The translations under genes were made by a program, and so were the position numbers. Of a stretch of DNA of 64,000 nt, positions 51,871-60,946 are shown piece by piece. Under the pieces are notes generated by a model. The model made no database searches. It saw nothing but the letters and a program-made list of their open reading frames with translations, and had not been told where the DNA came from. Source of the DNA: an uncultured Candidatus Rokubacteria bacterium (GTDB lineage: Bacteria; Methylomirabilota; Methylomirabilia; Rokubacteriales; DASRDR01); NCBI GenBank assembly GCA_963708025.1, contig CAVPSB010000035.1, positions 1 to 64,000 of the forward strand. Reading direction: 5' to 3'. The first letter of the stretch is position 1, and the number at the start of each line of letters is the position of its first letter.

Positions 51871-52909
51871 TCACCCTCCGGCGGCCGCGGGCGCGCCGGG
51901 CGCCTGAAGCCGGCGGAGCTCCTCCGGCGGGATGTGGCACGCGATGGCGTGGCCCCACGCGGTCGGCGCCAGCCGCGGCGCCTCGGTCTCGCAGATCGGC
52001 CCCACCTTGCGGGGGCACCGCGGGTGGAACGGGCAGCCCGCGAGCGGGGCGGTCAGGTCGGGCGGCGGCCCCTCGAGGCGGATGGCCGCTCCGGCCCGCG
52101 TCGCCGAGAGGGACGGCACGGCGAGCAGGAGCGCCTCGGTGTACGGGTGCCAGGGCGGCGCGAAGACGTCCTCGGTCCGCCCGGTCTCGCACACCCGGCC
52201 CAGGTAGAGGACGGCGACCCGATCGGCGATGTGCCGCACCACCGAGAGGTCGTGCGAGATGAAGAGGTACGAGGCAGCCCTCGCCGGCCTGGAGCTCGGC
52301 CAGCAGGTTCAGGACCGTCGCCTGGACGGAGACGTCGAGGGCAGAGGTCGGCTCGTCGCAGACGACGAGGTCGGGCCGGCACGCGAACGCGCGCGCGATG
52401 GCGACGCGCTGGCGCTGGCCGCCGCTGATCTGGGCGGGGAAGGCGTCCAGGTGGCGCTCGCCCAGCCCCACCGCCTCCAGCAGGCGGCCCGCGCGGGCGC
52501 GCCGGGTCCGCCGGTCGGCGAGGCCGAACAGCTCGAGCGGGCGCGCCACCGCGTCGAGGATCGTCCGCCGCGGGTTCAGCGTGAGGTCCGGGTTCTGGAA
52601 CACGATCTGGAGCCGCCGGCGGAGCGCCCGGGGCCAGGCGAGGAGCCGCCGGGGCAGGGCCGTCCCCTCCAGCCGGATCCGGCCCCCGGTGGGACGCAGC
52701 AGGCCGACCACGCAGCGCGCGACCGTGGTCTTGCCCGAGCCGCTCTCGCCCACGACCGCCAGGGTCTCGCCGACCGCGACATCGAGCGAGACGCCGTCGA
52801 GCGCCCGCACGACGCGCCGCCCCCACCCGGCGGGTCCCGCCGCCGTGCGGTACTGGTGGACGAGGTCCTCCGCCGCCAGGAGCGGCCGCTCGGGGCGGGC
52901 GCCGGTCAT
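51871..52909 (-). CDS. Peptide ABC ATPase (OppF type); frameshift near 52275; may be fused to upstream ATPase
   Basis: GESGSGKTT, ISGGQRQR, CDEPTSALDVS, HPYTEALL, GCPFHPRC. Confidence 0.85.
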
Positions 52910-53924
52910 GCTTGCCGGCCGCGCCTCCCGGCCGCGCTCGCCCGGCGCGGGCACCCGGTCCGCGAAGAAGCAGCGCGAGCCGTGGCCGGGCTCCGTCTCG
53001 ACCCAGGGCGGCGGCTCCTGGCGGCAGCGGTCCGCCACGAGCCCGCAGCGCGGGGCGAACTGGCAGCCGTGGAGCTCGCCGGCGGGGTCGGGCAGCGAGC
53101 CCTCGATGGCGGCCAGGGTCCGGCTGGCCGGCGGGGCGTTCGACCCGCGGCAGGCAGTCGAGCAGGGCCACCGTGTACGGATGGCGCGGTCGCGCGAAGA
53201 CCTGCTGGGCCGGCCCCTGCTCGACGACCTCCCCCGCGTACATCACGGCGACCTCGTCGCAGAGCCGGTGGATCACGCCGAGGTTGTGGGTGATGTACAG
53301 GATGGCGGCGGGGGACCGGTGCCGGAGCGAGTCCACCAGGTCCAGGATGCGCGCCTCCGTGGTGACGTCGAGACCGGTGGTCGGCTCGTCCAGCACCAGG
53401 AGGTCGGGGTCGCAGGCGAGCGCGATCGCGATCGACACCCGCTGCTGCTGGCCGCCGGAGAGCTGATGGGGATAGCGCCGGGCCAGCTCGACCGGGCTCG
53501 GGAGCCGGACGGCGTCGAACAGCTCGAGCATCCGGCGCCGGGCGTCGCCGCCGGTGAGCCGCTCGTGCTCGCGCAGGACCTCGACGACCTGCTCACCCAC
53601 GGTCAGCACCGGGTTCAGCGTGCTGGCGGGATCCTGGAAGACCATGGCCAGCCGGCGGCCCCACAGCCGCCGCAGCTCGCGCTCGGGCCGCGCCAGGAGA
53701 TCGTCCCCCCGGTAGCGGACCTCGCCCGCGACGCGCGCGCGGCCCGCCAGCGCCCCCATGACCGCCTGGGCCACCGTGCTCTTGCCGGACCCGGACTCGC
53801 CCACCAGGCCGAAGATGCGCGCGGGGGGGATCGCGAGGGAGACGCCGCGCACCGCGTGGACCGGGCCGCGGCGGGTCCCGTACGTCACGTGGAGGTCGCG
53901 GACGGTCAGGACGGGCTCGCTCAC
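52906..53924 (-). CDS. Peptide ABC ATPase (OppD type); frameshift near 53135; 3' boundary uncertain
   Basis: [38 protein letters not shown]. Confidence 0.85.
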
Positions 53925-54823
53925 GGGAGCTCCCCGGATCGGCGCAACGCGAGCGCCTCCTGCAAGCCGTCCCCGAGGAGGTTGGCTCCCACCACCGCGG
54001 ACGAGATCGCCGCCGCCGGGAGGATGGCCAGCCACGGGGCCTGGCTGAGGAAGGGGAGGGCCTCGTTGATCATGAGGCCCCAGTCGGGCGCCGGCGGCTG
54101 GGCGCCGAGGCCGAGGAAGCCGAGCGAGGTCGCCAGGAGGATCGCGTAGGCGAACCGGATCGTCACCTCGACGGTGATCGGGGCCCACGCGTTCGGCAGC
54201 ATCTCGCGGAAGAGGATGTACGCCCCGCGCTCCCCCCGGACGCGGGCCGCGTCGATGAACTCGGAGGCGGCCAGGCTCAGCGCCACGCCGCGCACGACGC
54301 GCGCCGAGCGCGGCATGAACACGACCGCGATCCCGAGGACGACGTAGACGGGCTTCGCCCCGACGGTGGTGAGGAGCAGCATGGCCAGGAGCAGCGCCGG
54401 CAGCGCCATCAGCGCGTCCATGAGCCGCATCAGGATCTCGTCGAGGAGCCCGCGATAGAAGCCGCCGACCATCCCGATCACCACCCCGAGCCCGACCCCC
54501 AGGATCGTGCTGACCGACGCCAGCGCCAGGGTGCCCCGGGCCCCCCACATGACCCGGCTCCACTGGTCGCGCCCGAACTGGTCGGTGCCGCCCCAGAACG
54601 CGCGGGAGGGCGGCTCCAGCGGGTGGGCCATGTGGAACTCGGCGTACGGGTACCGGGCGAGGGTGGGGCCGCCGAGCGCCAGGCCGAGGTGGAGGGCGAG
54701 CAGCGCGGCCCCCACCGCGACGGCCGGGGACCGCACGAGGAGGCGCCGGGCGGCGCTGGCGCCGGGCCGCGCACTCGCCCACGGCGGTGGGACCGAGACT
54801 GTCGTGCTTTCTGGCTCCGTCAT
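53921..54823 (-). CDS. Peptide ABC permease (OppC type)
   Basis: GTDQFGRD, EFIDAARVRGE, LGFLGLG, PDWGLM. Confidence 0.9.
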   Translation of the reverse strand: MTEPESTTVSVPPPWASARPGASAARRLLVRSPAVAVGAALLALHLGLALGGPTLARYPYAEFHMAHPLEPPSRAFWGGTDQFGRDQWSRVMWGARGTLALASVSTILGVGLGVVIGMVGGFYRGLLDEILMRLMDALMALPALLLAMLLLTTVGAKPVYVVLGIAVVFMPRSARVVRGVALSLAASEFIDAARVRGERGAYILFREMLPNAWAPITVEVTIRFAYAILLATSLGFLGLGAQPPAPDWGLMINEALPFLSQAPWLAILPAAAISSAVVGANLLGDGLQEALALRRSGELP

Positions 54824-54836
54824 CGAATGTCCAACC

Positions 54837-54958
54837 GCCCGGGCCGAGACCCGAGCAGCCCTAGGACGCAGGGAGGAGGCGGGCCGAGGCGTATGCCGCA
54901 TACGTCGAGGCCCGCCGACGACCGAGGACGACGGGATGCGACGGGTATCGGCCCGGGC
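54837..54958 (+). repeat. Structured palindromic element family B (form without the 19-nt units)
   Basis: 16/17 terminal inverted repeat GCCCGGGCCGAGACCCG/CGGGTATCGGCCCGGGC; inner GCGTATG-CCG-CATACGT. Confidence 0.8.
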
Positions 54959-54961
54959 ATC

Positions 54962-55909
54962 TCAGTATCGGATGCGGGGATCGAGGTAGGCATAGACCAC
55001 GTCGGCGGCCAGGTTGGCCAGCGCGTAGCTCAGCGCGATCACGAGCGCCGCCATCTGGATCACCGGGACGTCGCGGTGGTTGACCGCGTCCACCATGAGC
55101 CGGCCCAGGCCCGGGTAGGCGAACACCGTCTCGACCACGACGATGCCGCCCAGGAGGAAGCCGACGTTGATGGCCACGATGCCCACCGTGGGGAGCAGCG
55201 CGTTGCGGAGCGCGTGGCGCAGGATGACCTTTCGCGGGCGCAGGCCCCGGAGCCGGGCCGATCGGACGTACGGCTGATCGAGTACCTCGATCATGCTGGC
55301 CCGGGTCATCCGCGTCATGTGGGCCAGGAGCGCGAGCACGAGCGTCAGCGCGGGCAGGACCAGGCTCGGCGCGATGGCCGCGAGGCCGGCGCGGGGATCG
55401 ATGAGGCTCGAGGGGGGGAAGATCGGGAGCCAGAACGCGAGCAGGAGGATGAGGACGGTTCCCGAGATGAACTCGGGGAGCGACACCGAGACCAGCGTGA
55501 CGAGGCCCACCACCTGGTCGAGGAGGCGATGGCGGCGGAGGGCCGAGAGGACGCCGAGCCCGATCGACAGCGGCACGGCGACCCCGAGCGCGAGGACGGC
55601 GAGCAGGGCCGACTGGCGGAGGCGCTCGAGCACCAGGGGGCGGACCGGGACCTGGTAGAGGAGGGAGGTCCCCCACTCGCCCCGGATCGCTCCCGTGATC
55701 CAGTCGGCGTAGCGGAGGACGGCGGGCCGGTCGAGGCCGAGCTTCACCCGGAGGGCGGCGAGATCCTGGGGGGTGGCCGACGTCCCCAGGATCATCACCG
55801 CCACGTCGCCGGGCAGGAGCTGGACGATCCCGAAGATCAGGACCGACACGACCAGCATCACCAGCGCCACCAGCAGGAGGCGCCGAGCCACGAACGTTAG
55901 AGTCCTCAC
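54962..55909 (-). CDS. Peptide ABC permease (OppB type)
   Basis: LLPGD, LGLDRP, PYVRSARLRGL, ETVFAYPGLG, LDPRIRY. Confidence 0.92.
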   Translation of the reverse strand: MRTLTFVARRLLLVALVMLVVSVLIFGIVQLLPGDVAVMILGTSATPQDLAALRVKLGLDRPAVLRYADWITGAIRGEWGTSLLYQVPVRPLVLERLRQSALLAVLALGVAVPLSIGLGVLSALRRHRLLDQVVGLVTLVSVSLPEFISGTVLILLLAFWLPIFPPSSLIDPRAGLAAIAPSLVLPALTLVLALLAHMTRMTRASMIEVLDQPYVRSARLRGLRPRKVILRHALRNALLPTVGIVAINVGFLLGGIVVVETVFAYPGLGRLMVDAVNHRDVPVIQMAALVIALSYALANLAADVVYAYLDPRIRY

Positions 55910-55915
55910 GGTCTA

Positions 55916-56019
55916 TTCGGGGGGGACTCGGAAGACCCCCCGAGGCCTCCCCGTCGTGGCATCGGGCCCACCCTCACCCCAGCCCTCTCCCTCCCGAGGG
56001 AGGGAGGGAGGAGAGGGAG
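55916..56019 (+). repeat. Composite palindromic element: partial family A plus CCCTCACCCC..CCCTCTCCC/GGAGAGGG hairpin
   Basis: TTCGGGGGGGACTCGGAAGACCCCCCGAGGCC then CCCTCACCCCAGCCCTCTCCCTCCCGAGGGAGGGAGGGAGGAGAGGG. Confidence 0.72.
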
Positions 56020-56046
56020 CCGACGGGAGACCACGGCTTCCGCTGC

Positions 56047-57624
56047 TCAGGCCTCGAGCCAGGTGTTGCGGAAGTCGCACCACCGCAGGGGGTGGAGCGT
56101 GTAGCCCTTGACGGCGGTGCGCATGGCGCTCACGTACTGGGTGTGGTAGGCCACGGCGTAGTGGCCCTCGTCCGAGATGACCTTCTGCACCTCGGCGTAG
56201 AGCTCCTTGCGCTTGCCCGGGTCGGTGGACGAGCGCCCGTCGTCGAGCAGCTTGTCGAGCTTCGGGTTCGAGTACTCGCCCTCGTTCCAGCTCCCGCCCG
56301 TCCGGAAAAAGGGGTAGAGCGTCTCGTCGATGGTGGCCCGACCGAACCAGTTGTTGACGTAGAGCGCCTTCTTCTTGTAGATGGTGGCATTGAAGACGGA
56401 CCACGGCACGGTCTTCACCTCGAGCTTGATGCCCGCCGACGCCACCATCTGCTGGACGGCGACCGCCAGCTCCTGCAGGCCGACGCGCTCGTTGGACGTC
56501 CAGATCTCCTCGCTGAAGCCCTGGGCCAGCCCGGCCTCGGCCAGGAGCGCCTTGGCCCGCCCGACGTCCTGCGTGCGCTGGGGGAGGGAGGTCCAGAAGG
56601 GGTTGATCTCGGGGACGGGGTGGTCGTTGGCCACCGAGCCGCGCCCCTGCCAGAGCGCCTTGACGATGCCGTCGCGGTCCAGGAGGTACTTCAGCGCCAG
56701 GCGGACCTTGTTGTCGCTGAACGGCTTCTGGGCCGTGTTCATGACGACCGGCTGGAACGACGTGCTCTTCACGCTGACCAGCGACACCCCGGGCGCCCGC
56801 TCCAGCGCCCCGATGAACGGCACCGGCACCTCGAACATCATCTGGACGTCGCCGCCGGAGAGCGAGGCGACCTGGCTCGGCTGCTGCGGGATGTTCACCT
56901 GCCACAGCTCGCTCAGGTGCGGGCGCGGCTTGTCCCAGTAGTCGGCGAAGCGGACCAGGCGCGTGCGCTCGCCCGGCTTGAATTCCGCGACCCGGAAGGG
57001 GCCGGTGCCGGACGGCTCGCTCACGATCTTGTCGGCGCGGTCGGCGGGCAGGATGCGGCCGAAGCTGGAGCCCAGGCTCACCGGGAGATCGGCGTAGGAC
57101 GCGGACATCCGGAAGCGCACCGTGTAGTCGTCGGCGGCCTCGACCTTCTCGATCGGCCCCAGGGCCGTGCGGCCGGGGGAGGCCGTCTTCGGATCCAGGA
57201 TCCGCTCGAAGGTGAACACGACGTCGCTGGCCTTGAGCTCCCGCCCGTGGTGGAACTTCACGCCCTGGCGCAGGGTGAAGGTCCAGACCCGCGCCTGGGG
57301 GTCGGCCGTCCACCGGGTGGCCAGCAGCGGCTGGGGCTGGAGCTTCTCGTCGACCCGCGTCAGGTTGTCGTAGACGTTCTGGGTGATCATGTACTCGTCG
57401 CCCTGGATGGCGAGCGCGGGGTCGATCGTCCGGGGCGAGCTGGCCCAGGCCATCTTGAGGATGCCGCCTTGCCGCGGGGCCTGGGCCCAGGCCTGGCCCG
57501 CCTCGCGCCGCCCGACCGGCGGCGCGACGCCGACCGCGCCCGCCGCCGCCGCGAGCTGGAGGAGCCGCCGCCGCGTGATCGCTGCCGACCCACCCGTTCC
57601 GCCCACACCCTGTCTCATCGCCAT
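56047..57624 (-). CDS. Peptide-type ABC substrate-binding protein (family 5), Tat signal
   Basis: TRRRLLQ leader; FTLRQGVKFHHG, GTGPF, PFSDNKVRLAL; RBS AAGGAGG. Confidence 0.92.
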   Translation of the reverse strand: MAMRQGVGGTGGSAAITRRRLLQLAAAAGAVGVAPPVGRREAGQAWAQAPRQGGILKMAWASSPRTIDPALAIQGDEYMITQNVYDNLTRVDEKLQPQPLLATRWTADPQARVWTFTLRQGVKFHHGRELKASDVVFTFERILDPKTASPGRTALGPIEKVEAADDYTVRFRMSASYADLPVSLGSSFGRILPADRADKIVSEPSGTGPFRVAEFKPGERTRLVRFADYWDKPRPHLSELWQVNIPQQPSQVASLSGGDVQMMFEVPVPFIGALERAPGVSLVSVKSTSFQPVVMNTAQKPFSDNKVRLALKYLLDRDGIVKALWQGRGSVANDHPVPEINPFWTSLPQRTQDVGRAKALLAEAGLAQGFSEEIWTSNERVGLQELAVAVQQMVASAGIKLEVKTVPWSVFNATIYKKKALYVNNWFGRATIDETLYPFFRTGGSWNEGEYSNPKLDKLLDDGRSSTDPGKRKELYAEVQKVISDEGHYAVAYHTQYVSAMRTAVKGYTLHPLRWCDFRNTWLEA

Positions 57625-57650
57625 GCCTCCTTGTCTGGTGAATGCTCGGG

Positions 57651-57757
57651 ACCTCCCGCCTACCCCCCCAACCCCCCCGTTTGACGGGATCGCCGACGGC
57701 TCGGTCCGACGGCCTTCGGACGTCCCGCCCTTTGGCTCGGGGGGAGGGGGGGCCGGA
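57651..57757. repeat. Palindromic element family C with interrupted 19-nt unit (57708-57735)
   Basis: Same ends as 33554-33654; GACGGCCTTCGG-ACGTCCCGC-CCTTTGG. Confidence 0.7.
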
Positions 57758-57813
57758 GGCCCATACGCTCTCGGCGCGTCGTTAGCCAGGCGGTTCCGAT
57801 TCCTTCCCTTCCA

Positions 57814-57932
57814 TCGGCTTCTCGCAATCCTCTGACGTTGGCCACGCGGCCGTGGCGTTCCGCTTCGAGCCGCGGCTTCGCCGCGGCCTCCGAAGGGGGG
57901 GCCTCGGGGGGTCTTCCGAGACCCCCCCGAGG
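57814..57932 (-). repeat. REP-like palindromic element, family A (long form)
   Basis: Colinear with 28890-29007; begins 3 nt after the RidA stop. Confidence 0.82.
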
Positions 57933-57935
57933 TTC

Positions 57936-58341
57936 TCAACGGTCGATCACCGCGAAGGCGTCGATCTCGACGAACAGCTCCGGGCAGCGCCAGGCCGGAG
58001 ACCACGACACCGGTGCTGCAGTGGTGGACACCCTCGAAGTACTTGTCGATCTGGGCGTAGACCGACGGGCGATAGGCCACGTCGGTCACGTAGACCGTGA
58101 GCTTGCAGACGTCCTTGATGGTGCCGCCCGCCTCGGTCATGAGCTGCACGATGTTCTTGCACGCCTGCTCGGCTTGCGCCCCGGCGTCGCCCCGGCCGAC
58201 GAACTTGCCGTCGAGATCGAAGCCGGTCTGCCCCCGGAGGAAGACGTAGTCGCCCCGGGTGCGGATCGCCATGGAGTAGGTGCCGTGGGCGTGGTACTTG
58301 TAGGCCGACGCGTCGAACTTCCGGATGAACTGCTTGGCCAT
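57936..58341 (-). CDS. RidA family protein; frameshift near 57985
   Basis: VFLRGQTG, AQAEQACKNI, HCSTGVVVSGLA, then LFVEIDAFAVID in the shifted frame. Confidence 0.85.
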
Positions 58342-58369
58342 AAGCGGTCTCCTCGGGTTCGGGTGACGG

Positions 58370-59884
58370 TCAGGCCGGCGCCCCGGACGCCAGTACCCGG
58401 GCGCGGTCGAGGAGCGCCGCGATCGCCCGCTCGACGTAGGCGCTCTTCTCGGCGTGCCAGCGGGCATGGACCGCCAGGGCCGTCTCGGCCTGCGCGACGT
58501 GCGCCAGCACCTCGCGCGGATTGACACTCCCCTCGGTGACGCGTGTCTCGACGAAGTGACGGGGGTCCAGCAGCCGGCGGATCTCGGCCACGGTGACCTC
58601 GACCTCCAGGCCGGCGACCTCCCGGAGGGCCCGGGTCAGCAGCTCGGGCGCGGCGTCGGCCGGTCCCTGCCGCCGCTCGAGGGCGTCCCGGACGAAGCGG
58701 GCGACGACGTGGTGCGCCGTGCGGAACGGGAGGTCGTGGCGCCGCACCAGCTCGTCGGCGAGGTGGCTCGCCGTGCTCCAGAAGGCGCCGGCCTTGGCGG
58801 CCATCGCGTCCTCGTGGACGACCAGGGTCCGGATCACCTCGGTCATGAGCCGGAGGGCGCCGAGGACGGCGTCCCCGTACGGCGTCACGACGTCGTCGCC
58901 GAACGCCAGGTCGAGGTCGGTCGAGAGCACGGTACGCTGGCAGCCCATCACCGTCGGCAGCCAGCCGATGGCCTGGCCGGCCACCGCCTTGACGTGCTCG
59001 AGGGCGTGCGGGTTCTTCTTCTGGGGCATGATGCTGCTCGTCCCCGCCAGCCCGTCCGCCACCTCCACGAAGCCGAACTCCCACGCGTGCCAGACGTAGA
59101 GGTCGGTGGCGAGCCGCCCGAGGTTCGCCATCAGGAGCGCCAGGACCGCGACGACCTCCTCGATGTAGTCGCGGGCGAAGACGCCCGCGTCCGACGAGTT
59201 CAGGACCAGCCCCTCGTGTCCGAGCAGCTCGGCGGTCCGGCGCCGGCTCACCGGCCAGGACGTGCCGGCGTTGGCGGCGCCGCCGAGGCCGCTCCGGTTC
59301 GTCCGGGCGAACGCGCCGGCGAGCCGCTCCAGGTCGCGCTCGAGCCCGCTGGCCTGCCGCATGAGGTAGTGGCCGAAGGTCCAGGGCTGGGCGTGCTGGA
59401 AATGGGTGTAGCCCGGCATCACGGTGGCGGCGTGCTCGCGCGCCCGGCCGAGGAGCGCGCCCTGGAGGGCGAGGAGGTCCGCGACGACCCCGAGGAGCAG
59501 GTCGCGCAGGAACAGGCGGTCGGCCGCGGCGTCCTGGTCGTTGCGGCTCCGCCCGGTCTGGAGCCGGCCGGCGACGTCCTCGCCCAGCCGGCCGCCGAGG
59601 AAGTGCTCGATCTGGACCAGGTACGAGCCCGACCGGGGATCCCACGGGAAGCGCTCGGGCCCGAGGTCGAAGACCTCGAGCAGCCCCTGGAGGAGCCGCG
59701 GGCCCCGATGCCCGCCGACGATGCCCGTCTCGGCCAGCATCACCGCGTGGGCGAGGTCGACCAGCGCGTACTCGCGGAACCGGCGCCGCAGGTAGCCGAG
59801 CTTCGGCGCCTCGTCGTAGGTCACCAGCACCGGGTTCCGGGGACCGAGGCGCGCTTCCTCCAGGAACAGGTCCTGCTTCGTCAT
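58370..59884 (-). CDS. Argininosuccinate lyase-like C-N lyase (fumarase/aspartase superfamily), probably not housekeeping ArgH
   Basis: LQTGRSRNDQ, MPGYTHFQHAQP, GTSSIMPQKKNP, LPFRTAHHVVA; heads a catabolic/uptake operon. Confidence 0.85.
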   Translation of the reverse strand: MTKQDLFLEEARLGPRNPVLVTYDEAPKLGYLRRRFREYALVDLAHAVMLAETGIVGGHRGPRLLQGLLEVFDLGPERFPWDPRSGSYLVQIEHFLGGRLGEDVAGRLQTGRSRNDQDAAADRLFLRDLLLGVVADLLALQGALLGRAREHAATVMPGYTHFQHAQPWTFGHYLMRQASGLERDLERLAGAFARTNRSGLGGAANAGTSWPVSRRRTAELLGHEGLVLNSSDAGVFARDYIEEVVAVLALLMANLGRLATDLYVWHAWEFGFVEVADGLAGTSSIMPQKKNPHALEHVKAVAGQAIGWLPTVMGCQRTVLSTDLDLAFGDDVVTPYGDAVLGALRLMTEVIRTLVVHEDAMAAKAGAFWSTASHLADELVRRHDLPFRTAHHVVARFVRDALERRQGPADAAPELLTRALREVAGLEVEVTVAEIRRLLDPRHFVETRVTEGSVNPREVLAHVAQAETALAVHARWHAEKSAYVERAIAALLDRARVLASGAPA

Positions 59885-60025
59885 GCGCGACGTCCTCCTG
59901 GCCGGCCCCGACGCGCGGCGAAAGGGCAAGGCGAGAGCGAGGGTCGAAGATCCACGCCGTTGTGGCCTTCTTTGTACACCGCCGCGACCCGGGGTCGCAA
60001 GGCGCCCCTCGGAAAGCGGGACGGC

Positions 60026-60091
60026 TCAGGCCTCGGCGCCGGCACGCATCGCGCCGGCGGCGATCAGCGCGTCGATCTCCCGGGGCGAGGG
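60026..60091 (-). pseudogene. Possible orphan 3' tail of a CaiB/BaiF CoA-transferase
   Basis: SPREIDALIAAGAMRAGAEA* resembles the family's terminal helix; short, recalled similarity only. Confidence 0.4.
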
Positions 60092-60450
60092 TTCGGGCGC
60101 TGCGCCGCGCAGCGCGCGCCACCTCTGCCGCTCGGCCCCGCCTCGGTTAGCCTACACCGGAGGGGACATCCAAACCTTCGCATCGGCTCACGAATGGAGT
60201 CCCGGTGCGATGACACCTTCTCGGGTTCATCGTCGCCAGGCTTCGCCCCCAAGCATCGAAGTGGGTTCCCAGGGGCACCCCGTCAGAGGACGTCTTGCTT
60301 GGCCGAGCTCCTGGGACCAAGGTCCAATAGCGGCCCTCCCGAGCGGTTGCTAGTGTGGCCGTGTACCGGCCGGTCCTGCGATCAAACGCCACCTGCATCG
60401 TGGGGAAACTCGCGCCGGCCCCGAAACTCCGAGCCCGACAGGAGACCGCC

Positions 60451-60549
60451 ATGGCCGAGAAGAATCGCCGGAAGACCGCCCGGATGCGCGCCGCCCTCAA
60501 GAAGAAGCAGAAGAACCGCAAGGCTCGCGTCGCCGGCCGATCCCGCTGA
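60451..60549 (+). CDS. 32-aa highly basic small protein
   Basis: AGGAG RBS before ATG; MAEKNRRKTARMRAALKKKQKNRKARVAGRSR; strong GC3 codon bias. Confidence 0.65.
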   Translation: MAEKNRRKTARMRAALKKKQKNRKARVAGRSR

Positions 60550-60601
60550 GCGAGCCGCTGGTATCGACGATCAGACCTTTACGGGGATGTAAGAACCTCT
60601 A

Positions 60602-60690
60602 CCGCGCAACTGGACCTGGGCGGCCCTCAGCGGCGGGCGTTCGCGATCGACGTGTTGGCATGCCCCCGCTGTGGCGGCCCGCTGCGCGTG
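60602..60690 (+). mobile_element. IS91-family-like transposase C-terminal remnant
   Basis: RNWTWAAL-x-RRAFAIDVLACPRCGGPLRV (one indel) fits the WAxLxxRxFxxDxLxCPxCGG tail; sits at the edge of the lower-GC island. Confidence 0.65.
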
Positions 60691-60757
60691 CCCCGTCCGA
60701 CATCCCGATGACAATGTCTCGGATCTTCTCCGACGCGGTGAAGTGCGTCTCGACGTC

Positions 60758-60946
60758 CTACCGAATGCGGAGGTCGCGCAACGAGCCCAGGACACCGAAT
60801 GTCTGCAACAGCCAGATGACGACCACGATGACGACCACGACATTGAGGATCGTCTTGATCTTCGGATCCATCGGCACGTAGTTGTTGATCAGCCAGAGCA
60901 GAACCCCGACAACCACCAGCGTGATGATGAGTCCGATCAGGCTCAT
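60758..60946 (-). CDS. Small membrane protein (Thivi_2564-like)
   Basis: LVVVGVLLWLINNYVPMDPKIKTILNVVVVIVVVIWLL; RBS GAGGAG. Confidence 0.8.
   Translation of the reverse strand: MSLIGLIITLVVVGVLLWLINNYVPMDPKIKTILNVVVVIVVVIWLLQTFGVLGSLRDLRIR

Noticed and set aside
58370-59884. Assigning gene symbol argH
   Set aside because: Family motifs are present but the context is catabolic and the sequence divergent, so orthology is unproven
249-60592. Numerous long antisense or alternate-frame ORFs (e.g. 5999-8326, 32552-34453, 58454-60592)
   Set aside because: Shadow ORFs expected at this GC content; they overlap well-supported genes and have no recognisable motifs
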